Shown here: positions 26,461-38,474 of the stretch, piece by piece
Position numbering within the stretch: position 1 is the first letter of the stretch
Layout of the letters: the number at the start of each line of letters is the position of its first letter
Assembly: GCA_964016885.1 (NCBI GenBank)
Contig: OZ024742.1
Location: forward strand, 127,596,001 to 127,660,000
DNA: 64,000 nucleotides
Reading direction: 5' to 3'
Source: Eledone cirrhosa
Lineage: Eukaryota
Notes under the pieces: generated by a model
Told to the model about the DNA's origin: nothing
The model's database searches: none
The model's input: only the letters and a program-made list of their open reading frames with translations
Position numbers and translations under genes: made by a program

Positions 26461-26947
26461 AATGATATATATATAATCTTTGATGGTTTAGTGTTAAAGA
26501 ATAAAAACTAATGGTAAAATAAAATTATATTGTTAAAAAATGAGGCCCCCCCGAGAGTGTGTAGCCCTAAACTATAGCGTATAGGTAGGTCCAACACTGT
26601 CTGTACCGTGTGAAACCACATTAGCAGGACATTCTAGAAAAGTACAAAGCAATACTATGACCATATCGCATTAAATTAAAATGTTTACTCTAATACTACA
26701 AATTTTCACAATGGTCAGTCCACTAGTAAAGCAAATATAAACATTTGAATTAACAAGCCCATTTTTAGATAATATTCTGAAATGATTCAGCAAAAACTAA
26801 GAGTTATAATCTAATCCTTCTAACTGTAAGGGGCTCCTTAAAGAATGAATGAATTGCCAAAACTTTAATGTAGATTATGTTTAAACATAATAAGCAGCAC
26901 TTCAAGGTAAAAGAGAGTAATAACTCTTTAACAGGATTCGAAGCTCA

Positions 26948-27073
26948 TTACCAGATACAGTGTAATAAGGCAGTGAACCTTGTTACCAGATACAGTGTAA
27001 TTAATAATAAGGCAGTGAACTTTGTTACCAGATACAGTGTAATTAATAATAAGGCAGTGAACCTTGTTACCAG
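26948..27073. repeat. ~42-bp tandem repeat x3
   Basis: TTACCAGATACAGTGTAATTAATAATAAGGCAGTGAACCTTG repeated. Confidence 0.85.
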
Positions 27074-28320
27074 AACAAACTCTCACCAGAGTCAACATTA
27101 CTTTTCTTCCTTTCAGGATCAATAAATTAAATTACTATCCAAGGACAATTCTGGTGGGATGACAGAATTGTTAGAGCTCCTGACTAGATGCATTGTAGTA
27201 TTTGTTCTGTCTTGTTGCAATTTAAGAACTTAATCTTTAACCGAATTTAACACCACCACTTGATCCTTGATCCTTTAGCAAAGTTTGCTCTGTTGTTGGT
27301 ATTCAGACCAGGTTTCCAGTTTGAGGATAGCCTCCAAGTTTCAGAGATGCTTCTCTGTCTTAAATTACTTATAATGTCTATTATCACTCCTTAAATGTGC
27401 TATGTATAACTAACACTGCATCCATTGGTCTTGTGTCAGTGTTTCCATTATTTCCATTGATATACAAGTCACTTGCATGCAAATATCTATTTTACAGGTA
27501 CAAATATTTGTTTTATGAATTTCTCTCTTATATCTACTGTAAATGTGGTTGGTGTTCGGAAGAGCATCCAGCTGTAGAAAACCTGCCAGATAGTCCTATA
27601 CAAGCGAGACATGGTCACCCGACCAATCTTGCCTCAAGTGGGACAATTCCCGTCTAACCCATGCTACCGTGGAAGATAGTCGTTAAACAATGATGATGAT
27701 GATGATGATGATATCTAGGTTTCAGTCATTATTGACCCAAGCCATGTCTAACTTAATGGCACCACCTAGCAAAGTCTATCAAATCAGGATTTGGGCACCA
27801 TGGCCCACTCCAGTAGGGTTATTGCTTTCGTTGACATATCCAGGTGTAGTGGGGGGTTATCCAGAATTTGTCCAAAGACTTTTTGAATTTTATGGGATCT
27901 GTTTCTGTTTTGGTGTAATGTTAAAGAGAGCAGTACCAGTTGAGGTGAACTTATTGTGCCATAATGTTGTATTGAGATGCGAGTTTGATTTTTGTTGTGG
28001 GCAGATAGCACAGGGTGCATTTTAAAGATGATGCCAAGATCATTTGGGCAATGCTGCTGGAATATTTTCCACATCATGCAGATAATGGGCTGTGACAACA
28101 GATCTGTGGAGAATCATTCCAGGAGTGCATGGAAGCATAGCGGTGCAATTTGCAGTTTGGATTTGAAATATATATATTTTGTGACCCCAGACCTGTTTCT
28201 TTTTTGATACACCTCATATAAGTGTGTGTGTGTGTGTGTACACCTTATATAAGTGTGTGTGTGTACGCCTCATATAAGTGTGTATGTATGTGCGTGTGGG
28301 TATCTTTCTCTCTTTCATAT

Positions 28321-28543
28321 ATAATAATGGTTTCTTATATAGGCACAAGGCCAGCAATTTTGGGGGAGGGAAAAGTCAATTAAATTGACCCCAGTGCGTG
28401 ACTGGTACTTTATTTTATCGACCCCGTAAGGATGATAGGCAAAGTAACCTCGGCGGGATTTGAGCTCAGATCATAAAGGGCCGTAACTCTATGCTGCAAA
28501 GCATGGCGTCCGACTCTCTATGGATACTGCCAATCCACTGCCC
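28321..28543 (-). mobile_element. MetaSINE-like element
   Basis: Reverse complement of the 15695 family. Confidence 0.78.
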
Positions 28544-28689
28544 TATATATATATAACAAATATATGGATGAGGTGTTAAATTTTCATTATATTTATTGAG
28601 GTGTGACTCGCGATTAATCAGCTGAAGGTTTGATCTGTATTGATCGGGCCTGACTCTGGAATCAAAAGCTCATCAGGCTTCTGTTATCG

Positions 28690-28731
<42 letters not shown>

Positions 28732-29617
28732 ACATGGTCACTTGACCTAGCATTGTCCACAACAGGACAACTCGTCTAACCCATGCTAGCTTGAAAAAAT
28801 GGACGTAAAATGGTGATGATGATGATATATATATATGCACACACACACACAATGACATCTGTTCTACATAATTACGCAATCTGCACCTGATGATTTTGCC
28901 AAGGTCTTGTGTCATGATCGAACAATGTAATTTGGCCATTGAAATATGTATGTTTTTTGCAACATTGAAACATTAAAAGAATATTTTCAGTCTGGCTTTT
29001 TGTTGTTTTAAATAAATATTTAACTCCATTCCTGCACCAACCACAGGATTCCACATTTAAGATGGATATGTTGCATAACATAGAGTGATTTTTGCATCAT
29101 GATTTACTAATCAGAATGACCAGTTCTAAACATTGATAAACCACACAACATAAATGGTATATGTGTGTATACATATATATATATACACACATTCATACAT
29201 ATATTTATACATACACACATACATATATTTATACATACATTCATACATATATTTATACATACACACATACATACCTGCCAACACAAGATAATTTATTTGA
29301 ATTTTCTTAAAAATGTTTAAATTATTGCAAGACTAATGAATAATGATTGTTTTAATTTAATAATTAACCATTTTAATTATGGTAATTGGTATTTTTTCTT
29401 GGTCATACGAAACCGCAGTCTAAACAATTAAGTAGAATTATGTTTTACTTTTAAATGTATTTTCTACTTACAATGCTGTTTTCAATAACAATGAAAATAA
29501 AAATAGCATAAAAAGGTGGTGTGATGTACCCAGCAGTAAAGAATAAAATAAGAATAAAAATAAAAAATAACCAGCAGTAAAGAATAAAATATTGCCATAG
29601 CTATATTTCATGTTATT

Positions 29618-30339
29618 ATATACTAGCCGAATTACCTGCGCCTTGCTGCGTTTCACACATTTTTTTTTGTAAGAAAATGATTGATTTTAAATCAGTGATA
29701 TAATTTATGGAGAAAAACTCTGCATTTCAATATTACTCAATGTAAAATGTAAGGCACGAAAAATTGGAAAACATTATTGTTTGTAATATATCAAATCAAA
29801 ATAACATTATTAAATCTTATTCTTATTTTGTTTCTTGTAAATAATTTTTTTCAAAATATCAATTCAAAACTTTTATAAATAGGCATCATATCTTTTCATT
29901 TACCTTTGGTTTAAATTTCATATAAATCGAAGGGAAAACATTTTCAGCGGGGGTTTTGTGTCCCCGGGGAACCCTTTGGTTAAAATGAAATATACTTATC
30001 TAAGTACCCTGGGCAATGTAGTTTCAGAATATATATGGTTATGGGGGTCTATCTCCAAAACCATAGGAGGAGTTCGAGAAATCTTGTTCCATTTATTGGC
30101 CAAAATTTTCACTATAGGGGGTTTAAACCCCCATTAGGGTGTCTTAATATTATTGAAATTTGCTGAAATTTGAGCCCCCGGGGAACCCTTTCATTAAAAT
30201 GAAATATACGTAAGAAATCAAATGGGCATGAGCCCCACACATGTGTCAAGTTTCACCAAGATTGGTTTGGTAGTTTTTAAGTTTTAGGTTCACAAACACA
30301 CAGAGAAACAGACAGAAATTGCCATTTATGTATATAGAT
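29618..30339 (+). mobile_element. HINE/DINE-1-like non-autonomous Helentron-associated element
   Basis: Starts ATACTAGCC..., ends ...ACAGACAG...TTTATGTATATAGAT; internal repeat CCCCGGG(G)AACCCTTT...TTAAAATGAAATATAC at ~29962 and ~30175. Confidence 0.5.
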
Positions 30340-30504
30340 TGTGAGAGTAAATAAATGACTAGGTGGGTATATGAGTGGGTAAAGTATGTACACACACCAT
30401 GTACATGTGCATGTACACACACGCACATTCACATATACCTGCGTACACACACAAACACACACATATATACATATACCTGTGTGCACTTCATCCTATTCTT
30501 TTCA

Positions 30505-30701
30505 TTAACCCTTTAGCATTTACATATATATTTATATAAGGCTTTATCTCATAATATCTCACATAGTATGAGATTTTGATATTATTTATTTTGAGAACAA
30601 TACCTTAACATCAGTATGAGTGGCTAGTTACAACCAGTTTGAACAGAAAGAGGAGAGAGAATTCTGACCGGATATGGCCGGTTTAAATGCTAAAGGGTTA
30701 A
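30505..30701. mobile_element. piggyBac-type MITE (opposite orientation)
   Basis: TTAACCCTTTAGCATTTA ... TAAATGCTAAAGGGTTAA. Confidence 0.8.
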
Positions 30702-31069
30702 ATAATTAATTGATTCATTTATTCAGGCATTTCTACCTAAAACATTTACCCCCCCCCCCCCCCATATAGCCCGTGCATACAGCATGCATACATATAATAC
30801 ACACACTTTACAAGTTACCCACCCACCATATTATCCACTTTATTATCTATTTATAAACCCTTATATTTTACCTGATCTTATTTGATCCTATTTACTAATT
30901 TATTTAACCATTTACTCATTTACTTCTATATAACCCACTAAATACTCCTTCGACTCCTAAGCCCTGTCTGTACCCACAACTGACAATATAAAAAAACTGA
31001 AAAAACTCTGGGAAACTAAATCAGAACAACCTGCCGTCCTCTGTACATAATCATAGACTGGATTCAAGC

Positions 31070-33945
31070 TACAAATTGTTGTCCTTGAATGCACATAGTC
31101 TATGCAATAAGATTCATCTTTTTGACTCCTATGTCAAAAGTATCATCCCTGACTTCATTACAGTCACAGAAACATGGGCACATTCCTTACTCTGTGATGG
31201 GGTTTTCAGCATAACTGGCTACAACTTGTTTTGTAAAGACTGTATTAATTGTGGTGGTGGTGTAATGGTCTACGTTCGGTCAAATTTTTCAGCAATTCCT
31301 TGTGTTGATTTGAACCAACCGCAGCAGGAAGTATTTTTTTGCGATATACGCATGACCATGTCATCACTGCTACTTGGAGTCGTTTACCGTCCTCCAAATT
31401 ACCACCAGGACACTCAACTTTGTGACATCCTCAGAGCTGCTGCCAGGAAAACACCACTTATGTTTTTATTGCAGGGACTTCAATCACCCTGAGATTGACT
31501 GGGAAACCTTTTGTTGGCCCCGAATTGGTCCCAAGTAGTCACCTCCCCAACAAGAGGTGACAACATTTTGGACCTACTCTTCACCACTACTCCTGAAATG
31601 GTTATTAGTGTTACTGCTGATAGACATTTAGGTGACTCTGATCATTGCCAATCTATCCTCATGGGCAGTAACAAAAACCACAACCATCTCCAAACTGCTC
31701 ATTTTGACTGGAATAAAGCAGACTGGAATTGTTACTGCATCGAGTTGCAACGTCCAAACTGGCTTGAGTTTTACAACTCTGGAGATGACAACACTGTACT
31801 CCAGAACATCCTGAGTTCAATATGGACAGCATGTGCAGCATCGGTGCCATGTAAGCAGAAAAAAACATCCCAAAAGTGCAATTTGGGAGACTGTAGCAGT
31901 CCGTCTTGCCAGGAAAGAACATTGTAATGCTGAACATGAGTACAAACTGCATAAATCAGATATCAATAGGAAGAAACGAAATAAATCATCCAACCATCTC
32001 AAACAGATGACAAAAAAGGCAGTGCTTCAATTTGAGTAGCACATAGCAACCAGCCCTGACAGTAAGGTGTTCTGGAAGTATGTTCACTCAAAGCAGAGGC
32101 CTCACTCTCCAGTTGGTCCTCTTCACAATCCCCACACAAGCCAGGTTACTGATGACCCCAAGGAATGCGCAGAGCTCATTGCTGAATGCTATGCAGGCAT
32201 TTTCACTATTGAAGACCAGAGTGTACCGTCTCCACCACCTCTGACATCGGATTCTATTACAACTATGGAATTTGCACCTGCAATACTGCGACGTCACCTT
32301 AAAAATAAATGCAACCATGCCTTTCCTGGTCTTGATGGTGTTATGTACCTGCTTTTCAAACGTGGTGGGTACTTCCTTCTGCACCAGCTATCACGCTTCT
32401 CCCAATTCTGTTTGAACAACGGTGCTACTCCAGAACAGTGGAAAACTGCCAGTGTCATTCCTCTGTTCAAATAGGGTGACCGCACATCACCTGTGAATTA
32501 CCGTCCAGTCAGTCTTACTAGCTGCATTGCCAAGCTGATGGAATCCTGTGTCAGAGAAACGCATTGGAATTTCTGGAACTCTCACAGTCTTATCCGGCCC
32601 TTGCAAATTGGATTTATCCCTAACACCAGCTGCTGTGATCAACTTATCAAGTTTCTTGAAGACATCACCCAGATCACTGATGGCGGCTCATAGGTGGATG
32701 TTGTTTACCTTGACTTTACTAAAGCTTTCAATTCTGTGCCACACAAAAGACTTATGGCAAAACTCTCTGCAATGGGTGTGAAGGATGATCTTTTTAACTG
32801 ATTAAAGTCCTCTATTCTCAGTCAAAGAGAGGTAGTCACGGTTTTAGGACAGCATTCCTGACCATATGAGATGTCATCCGGTGTACCACAGGGATCTGTT
32901 CTTGGCTCCCTTTTGTTTGTGGCATATATTAATGTCATAGATGCCAATTTAAAGAATGCCACAGTACTGAAATATGCAGATGACATCAAGCTGTACCTTG
33001 AGATAAAAAGGACCGATCCTGAACACTATAGATCTTGCCTGCAATCTGACCTGGACACAATGCAACACTGGATCACAGGCTGGCAACTCAAGCTAGCTGT
33101 GGACAAGTCTACCACCATCCATTTTGGGAGTAAAAACCCAGCGGCCACATACTCCCTCCACAACACTAATTTCAAGAAGTCTTCTTGTGAACGTGACCAG
33201 GGCATTACGGTCAGCAGCGATTTGCATTGGATGAAGCACGTCTCTAAAATTGTCAAGAAGGCCGAGGGTGTCTTAGTATCACTCAGCAAGACCTTTGTCA
33301 GCTGCTCCCCAGCTATCTATTTAAAGCTGTATACAGCTATGGTGCGGCCACACTTAGAATTTGCATCACCAATTTGGAACCCCTATCTTACTCAGAACAT
33401 TGACTGCCTGGAAACTGTTCAGAGACGTGCAACCAAGAGAATACCCTCCATCAAGCATACTCTGAATGCCTTGCTTCTCTGGACATGGATACATTGAAGC
33501 TTCGACGTCTGGCAACTGTCTTGGTAAACACCCACAAAATTATTAACCATCTTGCCAACAACAACCCTGAGTACCTTTTTGATTTCCATGTGTCTACCAC
33601 ACGTGAGCATGCCCACAAAGTCAGAAATCAGCACAGCTCCCATGACTTTCAGAAACATTTTTTAATGCTCAGAGTTGCTGAAGCATGGAACAAACTACCT
33701 GCATCAGTTGTTAGCGGTCGAGACATTGCATCCTTCAAAACTTCCATGCTTCCTGAGATTCGCCAACACTACACCTGATGCCCCCCCCCCCCCTCCATAC
33801 ACACACACACACACACACACACATGTATATCACGACTCATGCACTATTCACTTCCCTGACATCTGTATATTATTCTATGTACTATACATGCACCTTTGAT
33901 TAGTTGTAATGCACCTGAGCACTCTACACAATAATTTCATTATTA
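31070..33945 (+). mobile_element. CR1-like LINE ORF2 (APE endonuclease plus RT), degenerate
   Basis: NAHSL, TETW, GVVYRPP, GDFN, LDLLFT, SDH (APE); NYRPVSLTS, GVPQGSVLG, KYADDIK (RT); multiple stops and frameshifts; (ATT)n tail. Confidence 0.92.
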
Positions 33946-34323
33946 TATTTTACATAGTCTCACCCCCTTTTCCTATGGCCATTATACCCCTCCTCCTCCA
34001 CTCCTACCCTCACCCACATTACTTCCTTTTCCTGATCCCTAGCCTGTGTAGATACACTTAACATTTTCTGCCCCTCCTCCCACCTTCAAACAATGTTAAA
34101 TTTGACCACAGCACTACCAAGACTAGCGACCTATTTTTACATACCTCTCTAAAATTACTACAGCTTTGAAAAGGCTTGCTAAACATACAAGCTGAAACTG
34201 CTTGGTACCATGGTAGGATTTTTACCTTTCTCTATACCCACTTTGCATCTCCCTGCTCTCACCACTACAGACTCTCTATATATATATATATAAATATATT
34301 ACACGTTATTCCGGGTTGAATCG

Positions 34324-34376
34324 GAGATTCCTGATGATTTCTAATGAATGAAACAGTTCTAGTCCTGTAGAATCTC
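34324..34376 (+). ncRNA. Type-I hammerhead motif (family C)
   Basis: GAGATTC-CTGATGA-T TTC taat GAA T-GAAA-CAG ttctagtc CTG-TA-GAATCTC: 7-bp stem I, 4-bp stem III, weak stem II; lies between (TA)n tracts. Confidence 0.7.
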
Positions 34377-34611
34377 ATCTATATTAAATATATTACATAT
34401 ATGTATATATACATATATATGAGTGTGTGTCATCACTATCATTAATAATTATCAATTAACAGCCATTTTCCCTGCTAACAAGTTGCATAAGTTAGATGGG
34501 TTGTCATATACTGCAGCTAGACAGGTCAAGTAACCATGTTTTGCTTAGTTTCTATGGATGGGTGCCCTTCCTAATGCCAATCACTTCACAGCCTGTACTG
34601 GGAGTATTTTA

Positions 34612-35080
34612 TCAGTGGTTAGAGCATTGGCCTTGCAATCGAAAGGTTGTGAGTTCAATTCTCAGACCAGGTGATGTGTTGTTTCCTTGAGCAAGACACT
34701 TTATTTCACATTGCTCCAGTTTACTCAGCTGTAGAAATAAGATGATAGGGACTGGGGTCCATATCATTCCACTGCAAAGTGGTCGTGGAGGTGCCACGGA
34801 AAAAAAAGCACCCAGCACTCACTGTAAAGTGGTCGTGGAGGTGCCACGGAAAAAAAGCACCCAGCACTCACTGTAAAGTGGTCGTGGAGGTGCCACGGCA
34901 AAGAGGCACCCAGCCCACACTACAAAGTGGTCGTGGAGGTGCCACGGCAAAAAAGCACCCAGCACTCACTGTAAATGAGGTTGGTGTTAGGAAGGGCATC
35001 CAGCTGTAGAAATCAAGCCAGAATCAGTTCCCGTCCCACCCTTGCAAGCAGGGAAAAGCGGACGTATGATGATGATGATG
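34612..35080 (+). mobile_element. CORE-like/RTE-tailed SINE with an internal ~50-bp unit expanded x4
   Basis: Same head as 23026; AAAGTGGTCGTGGAGGTGCCACGG...CACCCAGCACTCACTGT repeated. Confidence 0.8.
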
Positions 35081-35104
35081 ACTCAAGCAATACCATCTTA
35101 CAGA

Positions 35105-35290
35105 ATGGACTGGGTGTTTTGTGTTGTGGCGCCAACACTACCACCTTACTAGCTGGACTAGGTGCATTTTGTTATCACACCAACACTACCACCTTACTAG
35201 CTGGACTGGGTGCATTTTGTTATCACACCAACACTACCACCTTACGAGGTGGACTGGGTGCATTTTATTGTGGAACCATCACTACCTCAT
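35105..35290. repeat. 48-bp tandem repeat x~4
   Basis: GGACTGGGTGCATTTTGTTATCACACCAACACTACCACCTTACTAGCT. Confidence 0.8.
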
Positions 35291-35869
35291 TACATCAGTG
35301 GGGTGCGTCTTTGGCCAGGCTGGGGTGACAATGATGATAATGGATGTGTAAATTGGGAGAGGGCAATCTACATTCTGCTTGCTGGGGGATGGGGTGAGGG
35401 AGTCATCCCATTATGAGAGCAGAACTGTAGCATCATGGAGAGAGAGCTAGTTGCTGTGGCCATGAAGAGAGAGCTAGTTGCAACTTGCAGTATAGTCTTG
35501 TGTACCTGGCTTTCCATACTGATATTGGTTGGACAAGATAGGTGATGTAGATGGGTGTAAGGGGATAGCACTTCTTTCCATGCTGCCATGGGTGGTTTGA
35601 GGAATGGGGGTAAAAGAACTGGGTAGCAGGAGATTAAATGGGTTAGACAAGGATGGAGAGTAATGAAAGGTGTGTTAGTGAAGGTGGGATTTGAGGAGGG
35701 AGAGGGAATAGTTGGGATGGAGAAGGTGGAGAGAGGAATTAGGTGGGAATGGGGAGCATGTTGGCAGACAAGTGCCTAAATGTTTCCTCTTTCTGCTGTC
35801 CCCATACTTGTTTCTTCCCACCCACATGGACAGGCAACTCTGCTCTCAAATGGTATATCATCATTCAAT

Positions 35870-36345
35870 TCAATCTTGTGCCATCTCCTTTGTGATTTTC
35901 AGCAGTATGAGGTCATCCTTCACACATCATCTCAAGTTTTCCTGGATCTTCTTCCACATGTTCCGTTGATCGAGTTCCCTGCATTTCTATATGCAGCTGT
36001 TATCCTCCATGCACATTACATGTCCATATCAGCACAGTCTTCTCTTGTGCACTGCAACCAATCCTAGGTTGTTCCTCAGTTCACTAACACTTCACCGTTC
36101 ATGCACACTGCTATATATAAATGCATCAGAACATGCTTGCCTCTTTCTTTTCATTCATCGCAGATCCTCTTCATTCAGGGCCCAACAACATTGTAGTTTA
36201 CACACAGGCATCATACAATCTGTCTTTCATTCTAAGGGAGAAACCCTTTGTAACCAGCAGAGATAGCAGCTCTCTGAATTTTCCCACCTAGTTCTCACTC
36301 TAGCTACTGTGCTTTCAGTGCATCCACCCTCACTGCTGATTAAAT
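35870..36345 (-). mobile_element. Degenerate RTE LINE fragment
   Basis: Similar to 43900-44450. Confidence 0.65.
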
Positions 36346-36779
36346 TATTTAAGTAATGGGGGATTTATGGATATTAGAAACATCAACCTCTGTTGGGAAT
36401 TGAACATGTGTGCCCCAATTTTAACAAGTAATAGCGCATGTATGCAGTGGATAATATGTATTTATATGTGTGTCTGAGTGTGTGTAATGTGGGACATATA
36501 AACATATTCAAAGTTCTATGGGTGAGTGTGAAAGGGAGAATGAGGAGGGAGAAAACTAATATTTATTGATTTTTCTCTAACACAAGATAACAGTTAAGAG
36601 AAACAGCTAGAAATATATTAAGAGCACTGACCTGCTAGAAATAGCAACCGAATCTTCCTAAAATAATTTCTCAACAAAGTTAGCTTAATCACAAGAGACA
36701 AATGAAGTAACTGGTAAACATAAAAAATCAATGTGTATGGAGAATTAAAGAACAGAAGTATGCAATAATCTTCTTTATT

Positions 36780-37205
36780 CACTTATTCCTGAGAGGGTTA
36801 TGGAGCAGAGTCGTCAGTCACGCATTCCAGAGGGTCCTATCAGAAAGCAACTGTTAACCAACCATTTTGCAAGTGGCTACCCCTGAGTTCCTTACTGATT
36901 GACTTTGCCCTTAAAATTTGTCCAGCAATTCTTTCCTGAGACATTTTAACCACATGTCCGTAGCATCAGAGCTGTGATTTCTTGATGCCAAGAAGTAGCG
37001 GCTCTATCTTGAGTCACACTATGATCTCTGAGCTACACACCCTAACAAGTATCATTACTACAAAGACCCTTCAAAGAAACCCTTTTTGGCCGCTTGTATT
37101 TGCAAGTGTATTCTTTCAGTCATTACCCAAGATTCATGACCAAAGGTAAGGGCACACACAAATATGGAGTTGAAGATAGCAAGTTTCGCTTTTACACTTA
37201 CCCCA
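36780..37205 (-). mobile_element. Degenerate RTE (Expander/Rex3-like) LINE 3' fragment
   Basis: KAKLAIFNSIFVCALTFGHESWVMTERIHLQIQAA resembles the RTE/Rex3 C-terminal region. Confidence 0.55.
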
Positions 37206-37377
37206 ATAATGAAAATATTTTTCAAATGTGTTAATTGTATACACACCCTTATTATAAAGCAGGAATTTTCTCCTTTTATATCAGTAAATTTGGAACTTGG
37301 ATTTTCTCAATCAAAATATAACACCAATTTTCCAGTACCTTTGGCTCCAGATGTGTTGAATTATCTGACTTTTCAGA

Positions 37378-37593
37378 TTAACTCTTTAGCATTTACATTA
37401 CTCTATATTTACTATTGTATTTTCACAGTAAGCACTTTATCTCACATAATATTGAATCTAAGAGATTTTGATGTTATTGTTTTTGAGAACAATACTTTAA
37501 CATTGGTATAAGCGGCCAATTATAGCTGGTTTTAACAGAAAGAGATGAGAGAATTCTAGCCAGATATGGCTAGTTTAAATGCTTAAGGGTTAA
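37378..37593. mobile_element. piggyBac-type MITE
   Basis: TTAACTCTTTAGCATTTA ... TAAATGCTTAAGGGTTAA. Confidence 0.78.
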
Positions 37594-37869
37594 CAGAGGT
37601 CATGTAATGATAATTCGTGGCCAATTCCTAAGAGAACTTCACCATGTTATTAATAATTTTTTTGCTACAAATTTTTGACAGATTTTACAGATAAAACCAA
37701 CTGGTAGGTGACCCAGAGCAAAATAACTGGATAACATCATGAGCTTGGCTGGTCTTGCTTAGGGATCCAGCTGGATCAATTGAAGGTTTCTAATAGGATC
37801 AACTGGAAGGCAAATTATTTTTTTCAGCCTATGGTGTTCAATATGTTTTGGGGAGCTGGGCCATTGACA

Positions 37870-38015
37870 ACAGGGCTCTTGTCTTTGTTGGTGGCTTATT
37901 TTACCGATATATCAGGTGATGCCCACATGGGTGCTTGGAAATTCCAACACCTTAGCCTTGCTATCACCTGTGGCAATGCTGTGAGTGTGTTGGCTTGTCT
38001 CAAAAATTATTAGAG
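37870..38015 (+). mobile_element. Old CRE-like 3' fragment
   Basis: GPLT...FQHLSLAITCGNAVSVLACLKN* matches the C-terminus at 52675-52830. Confidence 0.6.
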
Positions 38016-38474
38016 GAAAATTCCAGTGCCCCTTATGGCATATAGGTCTTCTCCCCACCTTGATATGGGACTAAGTGTTGAATTTTCAATTTTGTAGATT
38101 TCTTTAGATGTTCATATATATAGATATGTGTGATTATATATAGTTGTATATATGTCTATATATACACGTAATTTTCTTATAGAGGTATGTATATGTGTAT
38201 GTATTTGAGTGCGATAAAGCTGTTAAGAGACACTTAGATGAGACTTGGATAAAACGGTTTGAGTCAGTAGTGTTTGGACAGATAAGTGTTGAATTTTCAA
38301 TTTCATTGATTTCTTTAGATGTTCATATACATATAGATATGTGTGATTATATATAGTTGTATATATGCGTGTTGAATGTGTGTCTATATATATATACATA
38401 CATAATTTTCTTATATAGGTATGTCAATGTATACTTGTATGTATTTGTGCAATAAAGCTGTGTTAAGAAATCGC

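Noticed and set aside
28560-28695. Possible hammerhead (minus-strand CUGAUGA between TA tracts)
   Set aside because: No GAAA/UH half or clear stem I could be placed
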